A DNA stretch of 64,000 nt, taken from assembly GCA_964016885.1 (NCBI GenBank), contig OZ024741.1:132060001-132124000 (forward strand), in the 5' to 3' direction. Both the position numbers and the translations under genes were made by a program. This stretch comes from Eledone cirrhosa (lineage: Eukaryota). Positions 26,255 to 38,061 of this stretch are shown here, in pieces (the stretch's first letter is position 1; the number at the start of each line of letters is the position of its first letter). The notes below the pieces were generated by a model. It had not been told where the DNA came from. It did not search any database and worked only from the letters and a program-made list of their open reading frames with translations.

Positions 26255-26560
26255 CACGCGTCGCAGAAAGTTTGAGGATTACTACTACATCACTTGTGTC
26301 CACCAACATGGTGTACTAGATAGCCATATGGAACTATCCAATCCAGGGAGGCAAACTCCCGCTGGCGAAGCGGTTCCTTCCAAATTGCGTAATGTATATA
26401 ACATTACCTAATTTTTGCACATGGTGCTTCCATTCGGACCACAGCCAGCAGATCGGAATCGTAGAAACTAGTGCATCGGTCCGGCAAGCTCAAGTTCCCT
26501 ACCCACATGAAGTCGTTTTCTCTCTGATAACGTTTAAGTTTACGTTCGAATCGGTTGGGT
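26255..26560 (+). pseudogene. Very decayed PLE GIY-YIG fragment
   Basis: ITC/STNMVY*I...LAKRF remnants between TA tracts. Confidence 0.35.
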
Positions 26561-26668
26561 TCGAATTTTAATAACTCTGACTTAATTAAATTATTGAGTG
26601 AGTGAGGAAACGTCCGAAGCTGTGTCCATTCTATTCGATAAGCTTCGTTCCATAATTATATGCATACA

Positions 26669-26733
<65 letters not shown>

Positions 26734-26941
26734 CGTTTCTGAATTTGTTTAGCAAGATTCTTCATCTGAAAACGTGTGTTGAAACCGATATTTTTATACT
26801 TTGGGAGGGTCATGTTGCCAATAAGAAACACACGCACCAGTTGCTTTCACTTCAATGTATTATAATAAAGTTATAAATTTAGGAATTTATAAATTTCCGG
26901 TTGGTTGGTTGGTTCTACAACCAGATGATTGTTTATATATT

Positions 26942-26984
26942 GTCAAAGTTCTTTCGTCACACATTATGTGACCTCTTCAGTGAC
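26942..26984 (-). ncRNA. Minimal hammerhead ribozyme
   Basis: GUCA-CUGAAGA-G-GUCACA-UAAUG-UGUGAC-GAAA-GAAC-UU-UGAC. Confidence 0.8.
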
Positions 26985-27090
26985 TGGGGATTCATTTCTT
27001 TGTTTTTGTGCCTCTCCTTTGTTCTGTCCTATGCCATCTTGCGTAGGACAGAACAAAGGAGAGGCACAAAAACAAAGAAAAGAATCCCCA

Positions 27091-27133
27091 GTCACTGAAG
27101 AGGTCACAGAATGTGTGACGAAAGAACTTTGAC
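27091..27133 (+). ncRNA. Minimal hammerhead ribozyme
   Basis: GUCA-CUGAAGA-G-GUCACA-GAAUG-UGUGAC-GAAA-GAAC-UU-UGAC. Confidence 0.8.
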
Positions 27134-27295
27134 AATATATAAACAATCATCTGGTTGTGGAACCAACCAACCAACCGGAAATTTATAAATTCCTAAATTT
27201 ATAACTTTATTATAATACATTGAAGTGAAAGTAACGAGTGCGTGTGTTTCTTATTGGCAACATGACCCTCCCAAAGTATAACAATATATATATAT

Positions 27296-27389
<94 letters not shown>

Positions 27390-27394
27390 GTATG

Positions 27395-28283
27395 TTCTGG
27401 TTTTATAATTTCACAAATGTTTGCCAATAGAGAGAGAGTCGGTCTCTAACATAGACACAAGACTCTCTCATTGGAATTTACACATCAACTAGGTAGAAAT
27501 GTCTGCATGTCTTCTTGCATGCATGTGTAGATATGGATGTTATTGTATGTGTGGATGTGGATGTTTTTAGTTGTATGTGTTCATGTGTATATGCTTAGTA
27601 TCTGTACATGTGTATATGTAGCTATTAAATGCAAAATTTTTGGAATGTTTTACATATTTTTACTGTTCCATTAATGGATTGTACTTGTAATTTCCTAACT
27701 AGTTGTGTTCTTTCTGTTCCTGTGAAGACCAGCTTCTCAAGATTTGTATTGAGGCAGTTACTAACATATCCCAGTGCCCCAATAATCGCAGGCATAAATC
27801 TGAAGGCATAATCAGGGTGGAGTATCTGAAGATTTCTCATCAGTTCTGCATAAATATTCTCCTTTTGCTAATCTTTGATATTATAATGGCATCTGCTGGG
27901 CAGCTAATTTCCACTACTGTGCATGCCTTATTTTCCCTGTCCCATATCATATCTGGTCTGTTATGCCTGCATTTTATTGGGGTTTTTACTGGAACATTCC
28001 ACCAGTACTCTTTCATATTATGTATATGTATGTCTTCCACATTGCTGTAGCTTTTAATGTGTTTATTATCGGAGCTATCTTTTCTACGGATTGTATTGTA
28101 CAGTGTTTTGGCCACTACATCATTCCTCATAGGTAGATAGTACCGCGATGACATCTTTGGACAGCTGCTTATGACATGGGTGATATCCTCGATGTTAATT
28201 CTGCAGAGTCTGCAATTGTTATCACATCAAGGTGTTTTGCCTGCATCCCTATCTCTTTTGTGAATCAGGTATTTCGTGTTGAT
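27395..28283 (-). mobile_element. R4/Dong-like non-LTR 3' fragment (restriction-like endonuclease) in (TATG)n
   Basis: CRLCRINIEDITHVISSC, HNRPDMIWD...VVEISCP, PAIIGALG; frameshifted; (TATG)n on both sides. Confidence 0.85.
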
Positions 28284-28685
28284 GTATGTATGTGTTTATG
28301 TATGTATGTACGTATGTATGTATGTGGATTTCGTATATCTAAAGATATACGGTATGTTTAATAAATAAACATTTTGAAAGCCTAGCTATGAATATTGAAA
28401 GGCTGACGGCCAACACCGTGTAGTGAATTTCATCAGAGCAGTGGGGGGACGACTGTCTATCCGCATTTCTAGCTTCTGGCTCTCATCCGAACAGTGCTTC
28501 CTCGCTCTCTACTGGAACTTGAAACAGGCGAATATGTATGTATATATATATCGTCTCCCTGTTTTCCTTCGGTTGTAACGTTTTTCGAAATATTTACTTC
28601 TGCGTCCACAGATTGAATTTTTTAGTTTCAGAAGATCCCGTTAAGAGTGAAAGCAGCGATTCTTTGCTTAAACTTTAATCTGTTC

Positions 28686-28730
<45 letters not shown>

Positions 28731-29139
28731 ATGTATATTAAAACATATGCGATACGTTTATGTATAATAAACACATGAGAACCTCTTTATAAAAGTCAGA
28801 AAACTTTGTTATAAAAATATCTTTTCTCTTATTTTGTGTTGTGAACAAATCACAGCTATCTTAGTGGCCGATAAGAATGCCAGACAGCTGTTTTTAGATT
28901 CGTTAATCTCACGTCATTGATATTCACTCGGTACTGAGATAAACTTTTTTTATCTTTCATACCGAGGCTCTCATGTGTTTATTAGACATAAACAAATCGT
29001 ATTTGTTTTCATATACACCCCTATTATGAAACATGGTGTATTAGTGCTATCGCCAATAATATATATATATACGTGTGTGTGGGGGGGGGGGGGTAGCTAA
29101 GGTTAATAGTACGCTGCAGAGTTAACTCAGAATTAATGT

Positions 29140-29285
29140 TGGTACTTATTTTTAGTTAAGTGTGCGGAGCTCTGTGGAATTAAGCGTTTTACTCCAGAAC
29201 ACAATGCGACACCCTGTCCAGGAAACGAACCTACGGCATTATGATCGAAAGTACAACATCCTAACCACTATGTAATGCACCTTCA
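29140..29285 (-). mobile_element. Decayed second SINE family
   Basis: Minus-strand TAGTGGTTAGG...GGTTCGTTTCC A/B-box-like head. Confidence 0.5.
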
Positions 29286-29291
29286 CACACG

Positions 29292-29343
<52 letters not shown>

Positions 29344-30057
29344 GTTCATATCGACCCTACATGTCAATCGGTATTATCTCCGAGTAACAACCGGGATGAA
29401 TTGAAGTTAGGAACATGTATATAGAATTGATATAAATCCATTGCAGACAAATAAAAATGCTACAGCATCGAGTATGACTTGGTTGTCTGAAACATGATTT
29501 CACACTAAGGATTTTAGGTGCAAATGCTGTCGAGAAAACTATTGGATACCTTGTTGCCGCTTCCTTCTTTGATCTAGTGGAACTATCAAAATGTGACAGC
29601 TAGGAATAAAGAAAGCTGCACCAGCATTTGGGTTATTGCTTTCTTCATCAACACCAAAAGGAGGAAAAGCAAAGTGTACCTCGGCGGGATTTGATGTCAG
29701 AATGCAGAAATCGGGAAGAAATATTCAACGTTATATCAGCTAAGCCCAATCGAAAGCCTTGTAATGTAGATATATAAACAATAAATTTACATTCTTTTTT
29801 ATTAGTGTCAAAGATGATAGGGGTAGATTATTGTGAAACATTTATGCATTGTTTATTACATTATATATGTACGTGAAGTGAACTTTGATTCAACCAATGC
29901 TGGACATACCTATAAGTTAAATAAGCTATAGGTTAAAGCCACACAACCTCGGAGTCCTATTTAAAAAATTGTCTATGCAGCAAATGGAATAAATCAATTT
30001 TTTTTAGATAAAAGAGAAACATTGTGTAACTAATTTAATTTTCTAATCGTTAATAAA

Positions 30058-30178
30058 TAATTGTTTCTACTTTTTGCACAAGGCCAGCAATTAATCCGGT
30101 GTATTACTGGTACTTTATTTTATCGACCCCGTAAGGATGAAAGGCAAAGTTAACCTCGGCGGGATTTGAACTCAGAAT
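30058..30178 (-). mobile_element. SINE copy
   Basis: Reverse complement of the family consensus. Confidence 0.85.
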
Positions 30179-30504
30179 GGTTCGTTAATAAATAATGATC
30201 ATGTATAATTATTTATAATTTTTTTACCCATTTTTTTTTTCGATGAGGTGAGGGCCTCAAATTTCATACAGCTTAGGGCCTCAGTAGGTGAAATCCCGGC
30301 CCTGGATTCAAACAAAGAACAAAACTGGATCACCGATTCAAAAATGAAATGATCGCCGGTTACTGCCGCCTCTCGTTCCAAGAGGAAGAAATATTTATGA
30401 ATAATCACAATTTTACAACTTATTTCAACAATCAGGACATGTTCTAATTTATGGGAAGCATATTGTTAATTAACAGTTAATAATTGTAATTAAATGTCGT
30501 TATT

Positions 30505-30800
30505 GATGGCATAGTCGTTAGAACATCGGACAGAATGATTTGCGGTATACGTCCCAAACCTCTGCTCTCTCAGTTCACATCCCGCAGAGGTCAACTTTGG
30601 CTTTCATCCTTTCCAAGTCGTTAACAAAGTACCAGTCTAGTACTGGGATCGTTTCTTCCTCTTTATCTCTTTCTCTCTCACTTTCTATCCATTGCTGGAA
30701 GAAATTTGCTGTACTCAGGCCTAGAGAGGGATGGGCTCCGTCAAGCTTAAAACGCCCTTGAAGTGACCTATGTCACTACGGCGCCCCTACAACTCCATCA
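30505..30800 (+). mobile_element. Older SINE copy followed by a second repeated module
   Basis: Same SINE-plus-module arrangement at 59120-59430. Confidence 0.6.
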
Positions 30801-31076
30801 GATGTTACGTGACCATGCATGCATACATTGGTGGTCAGAATCCAAAGTAAATTAAAATATAGTTTTCGGTGACGTGACAATGCCAATAATATTGATAATA
30901 GATACATAGGTAGATAGATACACAGACGGACGGACGGACGGTCGGACGGTCGGGCATGTATCGTGATATGAAGTAAACTATATTCCTGATTGATAAAATT
31001 ATTTTAACAAGGGAGATAACTTTATAGGGGAAGTAACTCTAAAGAATAAGTTTTCTCCCATGAATAGTTAACTTTA

Positions 31077-31470
31077 ATAATTGTTTCTACTTTTTGGCAC
31101 AAGGCCAGCAATTAAGACAGTGCATTACTGGTACTTTATTTTATCAACCCCGCAAGGATGAAAGGCAAAGTTAACCTCGGCGGGATTTGAACTCAGTCCG
31201 TAAAGGGACGTAACTGTGCTGCAAAGCATGGCGTCCGACCTTTCTACCGATACTGCCAATCCAAATGTTTGTAAGTACATATATATCATTTGGCAGTATA
31301 GGTAGAGGGTCGGACGCCATGCTTTCTAGCATAGTTACGTCCCTTTACGGTCTGAGTTCAAATCCGCCGAGTTTAACTTTGCCTTTCATCCTTACGGGGT
31401 CGATAAAATAAAGTACCAGTAATGCACTGAATAATTGCTGGCCTTGTGCTAAAGGTAGAAACAATTATTA
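31077..31470. mobile_element. Two SINE copies head-to-head (31077-31263 minus; 31289-31470 plus)
   Basis: Mutual reverse complements with a spacer of about 25 bp. Confidence 0.9.
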
Positions 31471-31841
31471 TTGGATAGCATAGGGAGGTGGATTGTCAGA
31501 ATTGTTTGAAGTATTTAAAGAAGAATCAAATAATAGACAGGATGAGAGAAAAAGAAAAGAAAAAGAAATATACAGGCAAACAAAGAAAATATCAAATAAT
31601 GAATAAAGCGGACGACTGATGAGGGATGAGGGGAAAACGCTACACACTTGGCTGTGTGGTATATTTCATGTGCGGGCTGCTGCCACAAGGACAGTCAGCA
31701 GTACCCGCTGCATCAGTCATTCAGCCTCACGGGGCTCTTCCCTATATTTCTTACGGTCTATAGGGATATAGAACATGCCTGTAGTTGAAGAAGGTTACTT
31801 TAAAACTGTAGTGCGTTGTAGTTGTTAGTAAAATGTTTCAA

Positions 31842-32325
31842 TTCTTCTTCGCCCACTTAATCCTGAGAGGGCCAGGGGGGAAGATTCCTCAACCACTCCC
31901 TCCAGCAGGTCCTCTTAGGAGCAACCATCTCCAACTGATTCGACTCTATCCCCAAGCGCGTGACCAGCAAAGCTCATGGATGCTATCTAACCATCTTGCT
32001 CGGGATCTACCCCTGGGTCCTTTGCCGGTTGGTTTTTGCCCGTAAAATCTGTCCAGCGATTCTTTCCTGAGACATTCTAACTAGATTGCCATAGTATTGG
32101 AGCTGTGATCTCTCAATTCGGAGAAGTAGTGGTTCTACCTGGAGTAACTCTCTCATCCCCGAGCTACACACTATATCGAGCAACGTTACTCCAAAGACCA
32201 TTCGTAGGAATCCCATTTCGGCCGCTTGTATTCGCGATCGTATTTTCTCGGTCATTATCCAAGATTCGTGACTATACGTAAGGGTTGGCACGAATAGCGA
32301 ATTGAAGACTGCGAGTTTGGCGTTT
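31842..32325 (-). mobile_element. RTE-clade LINE 3' fragment
   Basis: PTLTYSHESW...IQAAEMGFLR...IERSQLQYYGNLVRM; (GAA)n tail. Confidence 0.85.
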
Positions 32326-32613
32326 ACGTTTCACATCTATATAATCTAAAAAGCAATATTAATTGGCCTTGGACGAAATTGTTGACTGCGGCATTTGGGC
32401 TGGGTCTGTACAGAGTTCAAACTCCGCCAAAATCACCTTTGCCTTTTATTCCCCTACAAACATATTGCTGGCCTTGAGCATAAATTAGAAATGGAGATCT
32501 ATTAAAGTAATTCAAAACTGAAATAAGTAAAAATGGTGGATGTATCGATAGATGGACTGACGAGCAATCAAGAAGATGGGTTGACGAACATCGGGCGAAT
32601 GGACGGATGATTG

Positions 32614-32664
<51 letters not shown>

Positions 32665-32665
<1 letters not shown>

Positions 32666-35600
32666 TTCTTTATTAGCCACAAGGGCGCACAAGAAAAGAG
32701 GACAATACAAAGACATGCCAAGGATTTTACATACAGTCGTGTAAAAAATATAAAATCAAACACTTACAACAATCGAAATCCCCAATAGGAGGGAGGCGCC
32801 ACAAATGGGTTGTTTAATACCCCGTCGATAGAACAACCCTCAACTCCAGGAGCGTGTTGTGCAGGTGCTCCTTTCTTCCTTTTGCTCTCTTCCTCAACCT
32901 ACAGGCTTATAAACAGAGAAGGCCCAATCACTCGGACCATTTTCGCTTCATTCACCCACCTTTCAGTAAATTTACTGGGATGCAGTGCCTTTCTCTCCAC
33001 CCTGATTCTCCTTCTAAAGTGATACTTAAAGAAGGGAATCAATTGTTGTCCGGAGAGAAAGGTATCTGTCCTCAGTCCTCTCAATCTCGTCCACCATATA
33101 ACTTCTTTCACCATAGCCACTGTACAGAGGAAAACTGCTTCTCTTTCGTTTTTGAAAGAGGCTGGCGGTTTGATCCTTACTATGGACTCGGCATTCAACT
33201 AAAGTTGTCCCATACGCGACAGCAGTTGCTCTGCATAGTTCCACAGGTCGGTTACGCTCGGGTAGTGTACAATTGCGTGCAGGACTGTTACAATGTCCTG
33301 CGCGCATCTTGGACACGTCCTCTTTGAAGGATCCCTGCTGGGGCGTCCGTGCCTGTAGATCTTGTCACGAACCGGTACAGCTCCTCGGTAGCACTGCCAG
33401 GCCAGGGACCTCTGGAAGTTGTCCATAGGTCTCGGGCGGAAAGTCCTACCAAACAGACTGGTGAGCTCATCGTCTTCGACGCCCAGAATCTCTCCGTACA
33501 ATCCCTCTATAGAATGTCGAAATGGAGTCTCCACTGATTGCAGCGCCCGCTTGCCAGAGGACTGTAAGCGCCTGAGCGCATTCAATGTGCCAGGCGCCCA
33601 TCGTTTTCGGTCTTTTCTTCACCCAGGACTGCAGTTCCGTCAGCGAGACGAGCTGTGGGAAAGCCTGTCTCACAAACGGTGCCCACACCGGTTGGGGGTC
33701 GGTGAGGAATACCTGGAGATGCCGCAGCCTCAGCGCATGTTTGCGCATCATCAGCCACTGCATGGAAGGGTGCTGACAGCAGACGGATCTCCTCACTAGC
33801 GGAGCCTGCTTCTTCCACAGAAACTGGAAGAGCATGCGTTCCATCTTGGCGAGGTGTTCACGAGGACAAGGCACGACAGTCAAGCGGTAGTAGATGACGG
33901 ACGCTATAAAAGTGTTCGCCACCTCCGCTCGACCTTTCAAGGACAGTTTGCACTCTGCCCACTTCTGGGTGAGTGCAAACACCTTGGCCGTGACCTCGTT
34001 CCAGTTTTTCTCCACCTGGAGGTCTGGACCGAACCAGACCCCGAGCAATTTCACCGGTTCGTCCGTCAAAAGTCCAACGACGCTGTTGGACGTCATCGGT
34101 TTGCCTCTACACGTACCGAGTTGCAAACCGACAGACTTTTCCGGGTTTAGTTTTGCTCCCGTCAGCGTTTCGTATTATTTCAGTAAGTTGCCGATCACCC
34201 CGATTTCCGAGGTGCTCAACACCGTTACCGTCACGTCGTCGGCATAAGCCGACGCCGCTTTGCGCAGTCACGGTTCTAGAGGGATGCCCTGCAACAGCTC
34301 CAATTTCCGCAGTAGTGGCTCTAGAGTCAATACATACAGAATGGAGGAGAGAGGGCACTCCTGTCGAATGGAACGCGTGATTGCGAACGGCTCCGATAGG
34401 TAGCCGTTCGCAATCACGCGTTCCATTCGATTACGAACGGCTCCTATAGGTAGCCGTTCACCTTGACCCTCGAGCAGATGCCGGTGTGCATCGCCTCGAT
34501 CCATCCTCTGAACACGGGACCGAAACCGGCCGCCTTGAGAACCGCTTCCAAGTATCGATGGTCGACCCTATCGAATGCCTTAGACTGATCCAAGTTGATC
34601 AGAGCCCCACCGAAGCCGGGTTTACTACCCACCCTCTCTATGATGTATCGCATGAGGTGGAGGTTGTCGTGTATGGACCTGGTCGGGATTGCACACGTTT
34701 GCGCTTTCCCTACCAGGTTCTCGACGACAAGCGCCAACCTCGTCGCTAGCACCTTGGCTAAAATCTCAACTCTGTGTTGAGCAGAGTTATGGGCTTGAAG
34801 TTGTTAATTTCGTCCCCTTTGTTCTCGTCTTTCCTGATCAGCATTACTACGCCCTTGCCTGCAGAACTGAGAATTCTCCCGTTCTGCTGTCAATTGCAGT
34901 AGACGGCTTTAAGGACGCCAGAGAACAAGTCCGGCATGCCTATGTAAAATTCGTAGGGTAGACCATCTAGACCGGGTTGCGTTTCCCGCAACGGCCCAGA
35001 GCGTCCCGTATCTCAGTGTCCGTGATCGGTCTTTCGCAGAACTCGGCGTCCGTGTTCGAGAGACGCGGCAGGCCGTCGAGGTATGAACTAAAGTCCATTG
35101 CCCCGTGTAAGCTTTACATGCCGGCAACGACACGTTCAGCTTCCAGTATCCGGGTCCCTGTCTATGTATTCTATCACGGTTGACTAAGCAGACGACTAAC
35201 TTGTGATCTGAATAGGCAACCATGTGCATTCGTGGACATCTTACCATCTCCTTGTCCCTTTCTCTAAAGAAGAACCTATCTAAATACGATCTAGATGTCC
35301 CACTGCGGTTTGCCCACGTCCACTGTGGTGCAGTCGGGAAATCCAGTCGATACCTATCGGCCAGTTGGAATTGGCCGATTAAATATTTGAGGCTGTTGCA
35401 CCCCGCTCTACTGGGACATGCTCCCACATAGTCCCATCGTGCATCTAGGATACCATTCCAGTCCCCCACTAAAAGTAAGGAACGAGACGTTCCCAGAAAA
35501 GACTGTAGCCGCTTAAAGATGTCTGGCCGTGATTGCGATTGCCCGATCGCGGCATAAACGGCCACCACTCTGAAGGCTCCACCTCCGATACTGTTCACGT

Positions 35601-38032
35601 CTAGGACTACCAGTCTACCCTCCGAGTCCAAGTGTACTTGCTGTACTCCGACGTCCTGGTTCTTCCGAAACATGACAGCCACTCCACCTCCACCTCCTGG
35701 CTGACAGAGAGATGCGTAGATCTCAAAGTCGTCGAAGATGGGGGTTAGTTGCTGCCTGTTGTGGATCCTGGACTCGGTGATGGCTATCACATCCATACTG
35801 TGTGACCTAAGGTCGTTTAAAAGTTGGCCCTGTTTCCAGGGCATCGCTAGTCCACGCACATTCACGGTTCCAACTCGTAAACTAGCCATGTTGGTGAAGA
35901 AAAGTTGGAGAAAAAGGATGAAAGGTGCACTTACCTTTTCGTTTCCTGGAGATCGGGTTGTTCAATCTCCATTTGGGTGCTGGATGGGGTGTTGGGTGGG
36001 GTGGGGAAACATTTTAACAGGACGCGGTTGATGGGTTTGTGGCAGGGGTTGCCCACGTCCTGTGAAAATTTATTTTTTAGGTCATTATAGGTTTCCATAG
36101 AAACCTTTATAAGTTTAAGGTGTGGAGACGATTCTGCCTTGACGAAAGTTTTTCCCTCCGTCTCCACCTTGGGGTTTTGGGAGATGACCTCCATCAAACT
36201 CTTGTTGTTTGTGTTGATGTATGCGTATTGTTGTTTGTGTTTTTGTTGTGTTGTTTTAGTTTGTTGTTCGTCCGGGAGTTTTCTTTTTATGGTGGGTGCT
36301 TGTGTTTGGGGTGGTGTTGGTGCTGGTTTTGCTGATAGGGGATGTTTGACTGTGGTGTTGTTTGTGTTGTTGTTTGTGTCTGTGGTTGTGTGTTGGTGTT
36401 GGTGATTGGAGTTTTGGGGGGTTTGTGGTATCTCGTTTTTTGATTTTTAGATTTCCGCGGTTCTTCCTCTTCTTCACTTAAAGAAGGAGAAGCAGCTTCA
36501 TCCGTCGATGAATAATCATCGTCAGGTGTGTGGGGTAAGGGTATGTTGTGTGGTGGTGGTGTTTCGGTGTGTGTGTTTGTGGTAGTGTTTGATGGAGTGG
36601 GATGGAGTGGGGCTGTGTTCTTCAGGGGTGTTGTCTCTGTTTTTTCTGTTGTTGTTGGTTGAGTGTCTGTTTGTTTTGGTGTGGTTGCTCGTTTCGTCTG
36701 TCGTTGTACTTGTGGTGGTGGTGGTTGTTTTGGTGTTGGTGTTGGCGTTTTTGTTTATGATGTTGTTGTTGTGTGTTTGTGGACAAGAGGCTTTTAGGTG
36801 TGCTGTGTTACCACAGCGAAAGCAATGAAATTTTCGTCCTTCTACCGAAATGTTTATTTTGTTGTTATTATCGATAACGACTCTTTCGGGTATTTTGGAG
36901 ATTCTCTCCGGTTTCATTTGCAACAGAATCTCCAAATCTGTGCCCGCCCACCTTTGTCGAATAGATTTTCGTATCGAAAGTATCATATCAGTTTCTGGCT
37001 CTACGAAGCCAGCCAAGATCCACCAGATGTTAATGTTTGGAGGTATGTTTTTTTTTGTTTTTTTTTGTGTCCTTTTTCCCATGTATGTAGGGAAAAAGGT
37101 GTATGCTTTTGACACCATTGGTGTTACAGAGTTTTTTTAGGCGAGTGCCTCGCTTTTAAACAGTACGGAAACACATCCGTACTGTTTTCCTCGCTGGAGA
37201 AAATCGACATTTGCTAGAATTTCCTTGAAAGTATCTTCTATATCTGCTTGGTTAACAAATGTCGGCTTTCTTGTGGAATTTGAAACAGTCCTAAAGGTGA
37301 CTGATCTGCGGATTGTGTCTTCCTTTATTTCAAGGGGTGAGTTAATTCTAAACCCACCTCTTTCTTCGAAAGTTACACCTTTTCTCCCTTGCTGGAGCAT
37401 ATCTCTTGCGTTGGAGATATCAAGATTTATAAAATCTTGTTTTTTGTTCACTGTTTCAGCGAAAGACATTTTCTTTTTTTGTGTGGTGTTGCTGTTGTTG
37501 TTGTTGTTGTTATCGTTGTTGGAAATCTCAGTTCCTTGTTGAGGTGAAACATTATGTGTATATGTATCTGTAGAGTTGTTGATGTCTTTTTCATGTGTAT
37601 GTATGTTAATGGGTTTAATTCCTGTGTTTTCCTGTGTTATTGTTATTTTTCTCCGCTTCGACGGTAGAAATTTAAGAAATGTTCAAGTGTTAATATATTT
37701 TTCTCTTTGTTGACACTTGTATCTATGGCGACGTCCATAGTAGCAGAAGCAGATATAACGTTAATATCTGCCTCTTTCTCTCTCTTTTCTCTATTAACAT
37801 TCTCCAGCGTTCTTGTGTTGCTCAAATTATTTAGTTTGTAAAATCTGATATTTTAAAACAAATTTTTAAAATAAAATTTTCGCCCCTACAGGCGCAAAAA
37901 ATGGGATTACCACGCAGCTGACAATTCAGCTTGGGAGTTAATCTACAAAGTGTTATGTTTTTTAAAACAATTAGTTCGGTTTTTTGCATAGAAATTAACA
38001 AAAAAGCTTACCGGCGATGTTCCACACGTCAG
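32665..38032 (-). mobile_element. Tx1-clade (L1 group) LINE A, near full length, decayed
   Basis: ORF1 with CFRCGNTAHLKASC. ORF2 MASLRVGTVNVRGL (35889), GDWN, SDH, DQSKAFDRVDH, YADD. AATAAA then (TCTA)n. Internal deletion at about 35105 relative to B. Confidence 0.9.
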
Positions 38033-38061
38033 ACAGAAAGAGAGATAGATAGATAGATATG

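Larger units (their letters stand above)
26731..27285. mobile_element. Fold-back pair of pLTR fragments related to the full-length PLE, in (TA)n
   Basis: Both arms match 15013-15330; centre about 27035; (TA)n on both sides. Confidence 0.92.
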
